From assembly GCF_006345805.1 (NCBI RefSeq), contig NC_042997.1:126170001-126234000 (forward strand): DNA of 64,000 bases, in the 5' to 3' direction. The translations under genes and the position numbers were made by a program. The stretch comes from Octopus sinensis. Lineage: Eukaryota. The notes beneath the pieces were generated by a model. It searched no databases, was not told where the DNA came from, and worked only from the letters and a program-made list of their open reading frames with translations. This document shows positions 1 through 9,648 of this stretch, in pieces (within the stretch, counting starts at the first letter, position 1; each line of letters opens with the position of its first letter).

Positions 1-132
1 ACAACTGGTGTTCTGCAGTGTAACCTGACTATAATTTTTTTCCTTTTAGTTATATCTTTAATGCAGGTATGTTGAAAAGAATATAAATGTACTGCAAGTG
101 AAAAAAAGTTGCAGAGCACTGGTCTATATTTT

Positions 133-437
133 GTATGTTCCTTCTTGAGCCACACCTGGCTCATAAGGGCTGGTTTCCCGGTTTCCTTGGTGTATAGGTT
201 CCCCACCTGGACGGGACGCCGGTCCATCGCAGGCGAGCTGCAAGATGCAGAAGGGAAGAGTGAGAGAAAGTTGTGGCGAAAGAGTCAGCAGAAGTTTGCC
301 ATTACCCTCTGCCAGAGCCGCGTGGAGCTTAGGTCTTTCGCTCATAAACACACACATCACCCGGTCTGAGATTCGAACCCGCTATCCCTCGACTGTGAGT
401 CCGCTGCTCTAACCACTAGGCCATGTGTCTCCACACT
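133..437 (-). mobile_element. tRNA-derived SINE (same family at 63361-63655, plus)
   Basis: A box TGGCCTAGTGG and B box GGTTCGAATC on the minus strand; highly similar inverted copy near the window end. Confidence 0.8.
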
Positions 438-795
438 GGTCTATATTAGAGATCATTGTATTGTTATTGTTTCTCTAACAAAAGGTCAGTGTTACAACCT
501 GAGATGGAGTGAGGATGGCTTCATTTTAAAACTTGTGTGGCGAAATGGCTATGAGTGCATAGTGGATATAGAATGTATTTCTGACAGTTGAACTGAGGCA
601 ATGCAGAATAAAGTGTACTGACCAAATAAACAAAGAAATACCTGCAGTGGATTTGAATTTAAGATCACCGACCCTGTGGTCCAATACCATATCTATTTGG
701 TTATTGTCTTTTAACCGTGTGTGTGTGCATGCATATTTCTGTTACCAAGTCAAATAGTATTACAGAGTTGAAGTAATGCTGTAGTGTCAACCAAC

Positions 796-873
796 CTTTC
801 TGGTTTACTCTCTTTGGGTACATCACCCTCTTCCAGGTCAATGGGAAGAGCTTCGAAGAAGACTTGTTCATAT
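796..873 (-). CDS. ZCCHC8: ZCCHC8 orthologue, coding exon 7 (gene continues beyond window start)
   Basis: 78 nt, phase 2/2; KYEQVFFEALPIDLEEGDVPKESKPER continues the recalled WEIPKYHQVF alignment. Zinc knuckle and PSP exons are not in the window. Confidence 0.88.
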
Positions 874-1458
874 CTTTTCATTAAGGAAAATAACATGGAA
901 CTAATGAACCAAATTTTGGAATTTCATATTCAAATTAACAGTCACAAGACAATACCATATCTAACGAAGCAACTCATTAAGAAATTTTTTCTGCTGCCGC
1001 ATCGTTGCTGGTCTGATCAGATTGCACAGCTGCACATTGGCCAAGTGTCTCTACCAGGCCTTGAAAATGAAACTGAATAGACAAACTGTATGAAAGCTGA
1101 CCAGATGGATAGTACATGTTCTTGGATGGTATATGGGAGTCTGTCATCTGGGGTAACACTACAGCTTGGCCCAAGGTGATTTCAGTGTAGTCCATTCTGT
1201 TGCACATATTACTTGAACAGGTTTCCAGTTCTGAGGATAAATCCCTTTCTTTCTCCCATCAGTCTTGCAGGCCCTGAAAAGGGTCATTCCATTAAAAAAA
1301 AAAACCCCCTCAAAACTGAAACGTTGGGAATGGTGCTTTACCAAAATGTCAGACTCACCACCACCATCGTTATCATCATCATTATAACCAGCAACACAAA
1401 TGAAAGACTAATAATTCTCACAGACAGATTTCAAAAGTAAAAAACATGTAAAGGATAC
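874..1458 (-). other. U12-type GT-AG intron 6 of ZCCHC8
   Basis: 5' splice site GTATCCTTT; branch point TTTTCCTTAAT at 890-880; purine-rich GAAAAG 3' end. Confidence 0.88.
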
Positions 1459-1562
1459 TTTGGTATTTCCCAACTGTCAGTCAAAGAGGGTTCAAAATTC
1501 ACTAAAGGCCAACCTGATGTATCAATCATAAAGTTATTGTAGAACTGACTGGTGCCAATGAT
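1459..1562 (-). CDS. ZCCHC8: ZCCHC8 orthologue, coding exon 6
   Basis: 104 nt; IIGTSQFYNNFMIDTSGWPLVNFEPSLTDSWEIPK matches recalled VVGSVLYFTNFCLDKLGQPLLNENPQLSEGWEIPK. Ends at U12 donor GTATCCTTT. Confidence 0.92.
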
Positions 1563-1958
1563 CTGGTAATCGGAGTAAAATAGAATAGAATATGATGAAA
1601 ATTTGGAATGTATGATGGAGGGTGAGATAGCAATGCAGTGGGGAAAATGAAATAGTTTATTGTAAAAACATTACATATTAATAGGAGATGGTGCTTATGA
1701 GAAACAACTATTATATGCCTGTAGTTGGTGACATAAAACAAATGTCACTTGTATGACAAGCTTATTTACAACTATCATGATGTCTAGACAAGGGCACACA
1801 AAAACACACATATACATAAACATACGACAGACTTCTTTCAGTTTCCATGTAATAAGTCTACCCACAAGGTCTTGCGCAGCGGGTTTGATCCTGAGGCCAC
1901 ATGACTGGGAAGCTTGTCAATCACACAGCCATGCCTGTGCCTATGCAAGTATCATGAC

Positions 1959-2452
1959 CATTATTTACATTGGATGGATATGTGTCCTCATCTCATTTGT
2001 TGTTACCACAACGTTTCGGCTGACTTACTCTCCAGCCTTCATCAGATGTCCTGGGAGAATTTTGAACCCAACCCTGGGTTCTCATTCTTAAGGTATTTTT
2101 TGCTGATGCTATTATTATTATTATTATTATTATTATTTATACAAAGCAGTGCCTGGAACTGAACTCACAATTTTGGGGTTAGTAGCCCGCGCTCTTAACC
2201 ATTACGCTATATGCCCACGGGCACATAGTATAATCCCGATCAATTCCAAGCAGTGGAAGGAAGGAAGGGAGGGAATGAATGAATAATAATAATAACAACA
2301 ATATCAGCAGTAAAAAAATACCTTAGGAATGAGAACCCAGGGTTGGGTTCAAAATTCTACCAGGACACCCAATGAAGGCTGGAGAGTAAACCAGCCGAAA
2401 TGTGGTAACAAAAAACAAGATGAGGACACACATCCGTCCAATGTAAATAATG
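1959..2452. mobile_element. Head-to-head pair of tRNA-headed elements with Penelope-like hammerhead-bearing tails
   Basis: Arms 1959-2107 and 2303-2452 are inverted copies. The minus copy has A box TAGCGTAATGG (2209-2199), B-box-like GTTCAGTTCC (2164-2155) and an (AAT)n spacer. Confidence 0.7.
2006..2050 (-). ncRNA. Minimal type I hammerhead ribozyme motif (Penelope-like)
   Basis: cau-CUGAUGA-a-GGCUG(10-nt loop)CAGCC-GAAA-CG-UU-gug: intact core, 5-bp stem II, palindromic AACGUU stem III, short stem I. Confidence 0.6.
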
Positions 2453-2512
2453 TACAGAATTCCTAATCTAAAATGTAGAATAGTATCGTGAAATCATTAA
2501 GGTGAAACTTAC

Positions 2513-2593
2513 CGCATGGTTACACCACATGTTATGGCCCCTCTGTTCCGAATCTAACTCATCATTTAAGTCAACACAAGTCAGTGAGGAGGC
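2513..2593 (-). CDS. ZCCHC8: ZCCHC8 orthologue, coding exon 5
   Basis: 81 nt, TTTCATTTAG acceptor and GTAAGT donor, phase 0/0, open frame ASSLTCVDLNDELDSEQRGHNMWCNHA; fills the gap between exons 4 and 6. Confidence 0.8.
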
Positions 2594-2825
2594 CTAAATG
2601 AAAACAAAACAATACAGAGTAATAAGCTATATGACTTGTCTTTAGCAAACATTGAAATAATGAATCTACAGTCACGAAACCAGCACTTCAACCTCACAGA
2701 CATTGTAGCAGAGATTCACTAGTTTTAGAGCTTTGATAACTAATAACTGGCATTCAATTGGTTATGACGAGGATTCCAGTTGATCCAATCAATGGAACAC
2801 CCTGCTCATGGAATTAATATGTAAG

Positions 2826-2966
2826 CACTAGTGTAGCTAGAGTGTGTGCTGCCCCAGGGTGGCCCTTATATTTGCCACCCCTGCACCCCACAAAAAACAC
2901 ATATTGCCTACAGTAGACCCAAAAGTGCCACCCAGGACAGACTGCCCTGCACCAGCTACACTAGTA
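2826..2966. mobile_element. hAT-like MITE nested in a SINE
   Basis: TIRs ACTAGTGTAGCT / AGCTACACTAGT; 8-bp TSD TATGTAAG / CATGTAAG. Confidence 0.65.
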
Positions 2967-4561
2967 CATGTAAGTGGCTGAGCACTCCACAGATATGTGC
3001 ACCCTTAATGTAGTTCTCAGGGAGATTCGGTGTGACATGGAATGTGACAAGGCTGGTCCTTTGAATTACAGGTACAACTCATTCTTGCCAACTGAGTGAA
3101 CTGGAGCAATGTGAAATAAAGTGTCTTGCTCAAGGGCAAAATGCACTACCAGATATTGAACTCATGACCTTATGATTATGAGCTGAATACCCTAACCACT
3201 TAGCCATGCTTTGATGATGATTAGTTGAAAATGGTTTAGTGGGTTTGTTTGTGGAGTGTTTTGAACATCTCTGGAGCATGCAAGGAATACGGTTTACACT
3301 ATGATTGTCTGTACATTGTAATGTATAAAATTGCAATACCCTACAATTACTTTTTAAAGTTATCTCTACTGATTTTCTATAGAAACTAGAGCTAGTACTG
3401 GAAGTTACAATGTTTCACAGATGAATATCATCATCATTTTAACGTCCGTTGTCCATGCTGGCATGAGTCGGATGGTTTGACTGAGCTGGTACACTGGAAG
3501 GCTGCGCCAGGCTCCAGTCTGATTTGGCATGGTTTTCTACAGCTGGATGTCCTTCCTAATGCCAACCTTCTGTACAGTTATCATGGGACAAAACAAAGAA
3601 ACATTAGATGTAGTGTTTCTCTTACATGTAACAGTGAATATTTTTTTTATATTTCTTTGATTCTTTTAATCATAGATGAAGGAGGAGTGATAGATTCTAT
3701 AACATTTGCAGACCATCTCCCATCAGTGAGAAGTTCACATCTTGAACTTCTGTGGAGATAATGTGAACGAGGAATGAATTCCAGAGGACTGCAATTCTGG
3801 AGAAGGTTAATGGGGAAGTGATTAATTTAAGTTTCACAAGTGAGATACAGTAGAGGTGATGAGAAGTTATTGATTAGGTCCAGGTGAGCCCTAATTAATA
3901 GGTTTATGATCAAAAGCATTCTAGCCATGATCATCTTTTTTTATATATTCAAGCATTGTATATTTAATACAGATATCAAATGTCTTAGATATCAATATGT
4001 TTAAGATGGTAGGGTGGGATGGGTAGGGGTGGGGTTAAGTGAAATTTGGCTGCTATTTCTGGTAAGTTGAGTGACCACATAAAGAGGTCAATGCATTAGG
4101 TGGGCTTGAGTGAAAGAGGTGGTCCATGACTTGCTAGTTCAGAATAAAAAAATAGCCATTATTCTAGTGGTAAAAGAATTGGAGAGAAAATATAGCTCAT
4201 CTGAGAGCTAGTGGTGTATTTGAGAATGAGTCCTTACCAATCAGCTCCATGTATAAAATGTATGTCTAACACTACCTGGGATAAAATTGTGTATATGACA
4301 GCCGAACTATTGCAGATATGTTTGAATATGATTGTAGCTTCGCATGGTATATAGTTATAATTAAGTGGTGTGGACTGTTGAGATTTGATTGAATTGACAA
4401 GGGACACATCACTGACCTTTCGAATGTTGAGTGATTCAGTACTCTAACAATTCAGTCATTTGTGACCCCTATTTGGTTTCTTATGTTGATTCCTTAATTA
4501 AATTCATAAAATTCACACACAAAACAAAAAAAAAAACATTCCATTCTTTCACAATACTTAC

Positions 4562-4655
4562 TTTCAAATTTAAATCTGGTAACTTTTCATATCTTTCTCT
4601 CTGATGTCTGAATATCAAATGGTTGATGAAGTCCTCAATTTCAGAGCGATATTTG
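4562..4655 (-). CDS. ZCCHC8: ZCCHC8 orthologue, coding exon 4
   Basis: 94 nt, AG...GTAAGT; KYRSEIEDFINHL matches recalled QYHQEIEEFVSNL. Confidence 0.9.
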
Positions 4656-5505
4656 CTAACAACAAAATTATAGAAGGAAACTAGAGGATGGTCTTAGATT
4701 ATCTTTTAATAATTAGGAGAAAAGACACAGTAATTAATTTATCTAGTGTGAGACTGAGAGAAAGGAAAAACAGAACAAAAAAAACCCACATAAAATTGTA
4801 AGGTCAAACAATTAGTTGAACAATTTTTAAAAATAAACATGTTCTTTTCAAAGAAAATGTTTATTTATTTGTGCAGGTGGCACATAAATGAGCGTGGCCA
4901 TTGCCAGTACCGCCTGACTGGCCCTCGTGCCGGTGGCATGTAAAAGCACTCACTACACTCTCTGAGTTGTTGGCGTTAAGAAGGGCATCCAGCTGTAGAA
5001 ACTCTGCTAGATCAGATTGGAGCCTGGTGCAGCCATCTGGTTCACCAGTCCTTAGTCAAATCGTCCAACCCATGCTAGCATGGAAAGCGGACGTTAAACG
5101 ATGAAACAATTTCTTTGAAAATGAAATAAATATATTTCATTAAAAAAAAAAAGATTTTTCCTGGTAGACATTCAGTTTATTTAAGAACTGACAATAACAT
5201 CTCCATAAATTAAACAGATCAAGCACATGGCAACCTCTCTAGTGAGGGAGTCAAGAAAAGTGCACCAAATACATTCCATAAGGTGACTGGAGGTAGGAAG
5301 GGTACCCAGAAACAAAGATGAGTGAGAGAAATGTGAGTCTCCAATTTATCAAGAAGAGCAGACTTTCCAAATAAAAACTGACTAAGATGACCCATCTAAT
5401 CAAAGCCAGTATGAATAGTGGACATAAAACGATGATGGTGACAATATATATCTTGACAATAGAGAAGTAAAGAGTAAAACATATTGATTTAGGCTGTATA
5501 CTAAC

Positions 5506-5568
5506 CGAGAAAATGCATTATTCTGGTATATAATTTGAAGACCTGGAGACTCTTCATCTGGAACACAC
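5506..5568 (-). CDS. ZCCHC8: ZCCHC8 orthologue, coding exon 3
   Basis: 63 nt, AG/GT; CVPDEESPGLQIIYQNNAFSR matches recalled vertebrate GPILQILFMNNAISK. Confidence 0.9.
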
Positions 5569-6863
5569 CTAGCAGCATGGAAGAGAATAATAGAAACATA
5601 ACTACGATGTTAAGAACATAAAAAAAAAACACCAAAAAAAACTAAGAGTTACTCTAATGAAAGTTGATGGTTTGAATATATCTATCAGAAAATATTGAAA
5701 TATCTACAAAAAATAAAATCCCACAGGTAATATTATCAAAGAACAGGTGACAGATGGTGACAGAAAGGGCATCCAGCCACAGAAAATCTGCTTCAATAAA
5801 TTCTGTCCAACTGATGCAAGTATGGAAAAGAGGACTTTAAAAATGATGATGGTGATGATGATAATACGTGATCTGGATTAAGATATTTTGCTAAGTCAAG
5901 ATCATCATCATCACCATCAATGTATGAGGCGTTTAGTAACAGACTGTCATAAGCGTCAACGCAGCCAAAGTTCTCTGACATTCAAAATGTGATATCTTGG
6001 CAAGGAATGAAGTTAGGAAGCTGATTTTGGTCTTAAAATGACAGTGAAGACTTCCTCTAATCATTCCACCTATGTAAAGTTATTTAGTTATGTATGCATT
6101 TGAAAGATGAAACAATGACTACGTCTTTCTCATTTTGTAGAATATACCAGTACTATGAAATGGTGTATTGCATTGCATATTTTAGCCATAGTATCTAGAG
6201 AAAATATACAGAGACCCCTATCAAAGGTATTGTTTGTGTTTTAATATACTAAGGTATCTTTAAGAGGTAAGTAAGACAAGATAGTAAGATAATAGCCCAT
6301 TATCATTACGAGGAGTATTAGAAAGTGAGCCATAACACTTCAGAAAATGATAGAGACCACACCAAAGTTGTTGATTGAGAGTGTGTGCTTACAATGGTGT
6401 GTTACTAAACTCTCTGGTCTAAGTTTGGGTGAGTGAGCATCATATCAATAGTGTCGAGGTACAATTTTTTTTCAGCCAGATTTTTGACCTCTTTGCAAGC
6501 CTCAGCAGTTCTTTCTTCCAACTTTTTCGGATTCTAGACATCGAGGCAAAGAAAATGATAAACAAACCTCGAAAATGGTCGGGATGGCACTTATGACACT
6601 CTGTCACTAAACACCTCAAATGTATAATGATTTAATATTAAATATAGAAAGCCATAGCAGATATTGGTTAAAATTGTGGTACTGAATAACTGAAAGACAG
6701 TTTATAGTTTGAGTACTGCCACAAAGTCAGGTTTTTTTTATTTTTCCAAGTTTAATAAATTGTCACATTTGAATATTCATTTCTAAATGTCAAACATTTG
6801 TTTTATAAGTCAACTTAAACCAACATATGAAACTTTCAAAATTAGTCAATAAATATATTTTAC

Positions 6864-6906
6864 CTGGTGGAGTCAATCTTCTTAGCAAACTTTCTCAGTT
6901 TATCAC
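6864..6906 (-). CDS. ZCCHC8: ZCCHC8 orthologue, coding exon 2
   Basis: 43 nt, AG/GT bounded, preceded by U12 branch point TCCTTAAC. Phases 1 to 2 fit both neighbours; encodes RDKLRKFAKKIDSTR. Confidence 0.85.
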
Positions 6907-8068
6907 CTATACATTCCAGTTAAGGACATATAACAATGGTTATCAAAATCTGACAATATTATACCAAATTAAGCAATGTTTAAATTAACTTAATTGCCTG
7001 CAAAATACAGAAAGTTCATTTGTTATATCTCTGTTACCATTTATTGCTAATCACAAAACCATTCTATTCTACAGTGGAGGATACTTGGAAATTTGCGAAA
7101 AATAAATAAAATAATTAATACAGTGATATGAGCTAAATGCAGAGGAATATGATGCAAAGATTGCAAAGAAAAGTGACACCATGATCACAAGAAGAAAGGC
7201 AAGTACCACAAGATATTAAAATACTGTTAAGACTGACCTGAATTACTCAACTGTTCTAATTAACCCCAAAATATACCAGATTTTACAAAAGTATTTTTTT
7301 AAAAAACTGACTCTGCTTCAATTGCCAAAGAATTACACTACAAAATTTGTGTAGAGGAAATACAGTTGATTTAAAATCATTCTTTCATGCAGTAGTTATC
7401 AAAGTTTCAAACTTCAACTGATACTTATTAAAAGTAAGTACATAATTCATTTTAATGATACTTTCATAAGGAAAAAATCTATACATTTTATTCTAATCAC
7501 TATCGGAAGAACAAAATTTCATTATCATACGTGGAGTAAAAATGAAAGTAATTGGCCTAACTTCCCATGAAAAGAAAATGAAAGTAATCTTGGAAACACA
7601 AATGATCGAGAAAAACTAGTAATAAATCAAATAATGCATTAAATTCTAATCAAAAACTAGTGTTTAATGAATATCCTGACAGATACATGAGGAGTCTCAC
7701 ATCAGATGTGTAAGGGTTGAACTGAAAATGTATACAGAAAAGAGATTTATTTAGGTAAAGCAGATTAGTTAGTTGGAAGTGGGTAAAATAGGAACTCAAT
7801 CACAACAACAACAACAATTTAAAAAACGCGATAAAAGAACAATCGCATACAAATCGAAAGATTTAACTTGACACAAAAACGTGGAGCTCGTATTGACAGA
7901 AGATAATCAAAACAGAAACTATAAATGTATGTGCGTGTATGTATGTATGTGTGCATGTATATATATATATATATATACATATATATGCGTGTGTGAGTGT
8001 GTAATATATATATATGTGTTAGAAACAATAATAGGAAGTAAATAATGGTTAACACGTGTTAAGGATAC
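6907..8068 (-). other. U12-type (minor spliceosome) GT-AG intron 1 of ZCCHC8
   Basis: 5' splice site GTATCCTT; branch point TCCTTAAC at 6926-6919, 13 nt from branch A to the 3' end; no polypyrimidine tract. Confidence 0.9.
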
Positions 8069-8474
8069 GTTCAAACTGTAGCTGGTGATTGGTGTGTTTC
8101 ATCATACCAACGAGCATCTCTCCATTCCTTTTCTTTCGTTTTTTACTCTGCTTCTCGCTTTTTCCTTCTGCGGCAACATCCTCGGTCCGTTTATCTGTAA
8201 TAATATCATCTCCATCCTCATTTGTTTGATCATTGCTGTCTTTGTCTTCGCTGTCTTCCTCTTCGCTATCATCTGAAACTTCGGCGGCTTCTCCGGAGGA
8301 TTTAGAATCTAACTCAGAAGATGAACTGGAATCTGATTCTTCAAAACGAAATATGATTTTACTCCGATCTTCGGAGCCGTATTCATTTTGGTTGTATGAT
8401 ATAAATGTCGATGCAGAAGACCTGTCTCTTTCAAATTCTTCAAAAAGTGAAGAATCTCCAAATGAAGACGCCAT
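8069..8474 (-). CDS. ZCCHC8: ZCCHC8 orthologue, coding exon 1
   Basis: ATG at 8474; MASSFGDSSLFEEFE resembles the ZCCHC8 N-terminal FGD..LFE.F motif, followed by an acidic tract. Ends in phase 1 at the U12-type donor GTATCCTT (first intron base 8068). Confidence 0.88.
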
Positions 8475-8909
8475 GTTTACTGTTGTGTTGTAGTAATTAT
8501 AAAATGGGAAATCCCGGAACGAGGAATTAAAACGAAAATCCCACTTGAATTTTCACTATCTGTCCATTTTATTTATTTTCATGTATTTAATATACTTTAC
8601 AGGTAAAACATTGATTCCAAACTACTTCTTAGATGATGTCCAATCGCAAAAAAACCTAATTACTGCTTTAACAAGTCATTAGCTGCTTTTATGAACTTTT
8701 TACACGAGTAACCAAACTAAATTCACAAAAATAAGATAAAGTAAAATTTAAAATACATAAAATACCAATAAACATTAGCATGAATTCTAATTTTATTATT
8801 TCTTTGTTTAAAGCCAGCTTTTTTCTTCGGGTTCGTTTCTTAATTCCGGTTGTATTTGCAGTCGAAGCAGAAGTGTTTATCATCGACTTTGACTACTGCG
8901 TTTTGAGCG
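8475..8909. promoter_or_regulatory. Putative bidirectional promoter and non-coding first exon of the plus-strand gene
   Basis: Repeat-free, locally CpG-richer segment upstream of the ZCCHC8 ATG; GGGAAATCCC at 8506-8515; candidate plus-strand donor GAGCG|GTAAAT at 8909/8910. Confidence 0.4.
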
Positions 8910-9288
8910 GTAAATAATTCAAAGTTGAGATCTCGACATCCTAAAATGTACAAGTTAATGTTTATTTGAGTTATTAAACTATGAAATTATTATGTTAGCA
9001 ATTCCAAGACATAATTCAATAGCTAGATGCAACAGAAAGTAATATTAAACTTAATAAAACTACAATCCTGAATTAGTACGTTGATGGCGGTTTTTTCAAG
9101 GTGTTTGGTTATTAATCTTATATAAGAATATATGTATAACAGTTTAATATTAAATAAGGAAATCCATAACAAATATTGGTTAAAATATTTAACAAATATA
9201 GTAAGAGATTATATAGAAATGGACTATTCCATAATCCAGTTTGTTAGTCAAGTGGTATATTTATGTGATGTTCTTTTTTTACTTTTTT

Positions 9289-9648
9289 AGTTGTTTCAGT
9301 CAGTTGACTGGCCATGCTGGAGCACCGCCTTTAGTCAAGCAAATCGACCCCAGGACTTATTTTTTGTAAGCCTAGTACTTATTCTATCGGCTTCTTTTGC
9401 CGAACTGCTAAGTTACGGGGACGTAAACACACCAGCATCGGTTGTCAAGCGATGTTGAGGGGGCAAACACAGACACACACACATATATAAGATGGGCTTC
9501 TTTCAGTTTCCGTCTACCAAATCCATTCAATGTTTTGGTTGGCCCGAGGCTATAGTAGAAGACACTTGCCCAAGGTGCCACGCAGTGGGACTGAACAGGG
9601 AACCATGTGGTTCGTAAGCAAGCTACTTACCACACAGCCACTCCTACT
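9289..9648 (-). mobile_element. tRNA-derived CORE-like SINE
   Basis: Head GGAGTGGCTGTGTGGTAAG, ACCTTGGGCAAGT core-like motif, internal (TG)n. Other copies near 35610-36012, 39955-40525, 45470-46110, 57985-58460, 61311-61768 and 62790-63190. Confidence 0.8.

Noticed and set aside
350-437. tRNA gene
   Set aside because: A and B boxes belong to a multi-copy SINE head; no complete cloverleaf or terminator.
1159-1273. Possible alternative exon inside U12 intron 6 (CCCTTTTCAG acceptor, in frame with exon 6, stop at 1159)
   Set aside because: It would join a U12 donor to a U2 acceptor; no homology recognised; needs RNA-seq.
3626-3700. Candidate ZCCHC8 exon with GTAAG donor
   Set aside because: Stops in all three frames; 2513-2593 fits instead.
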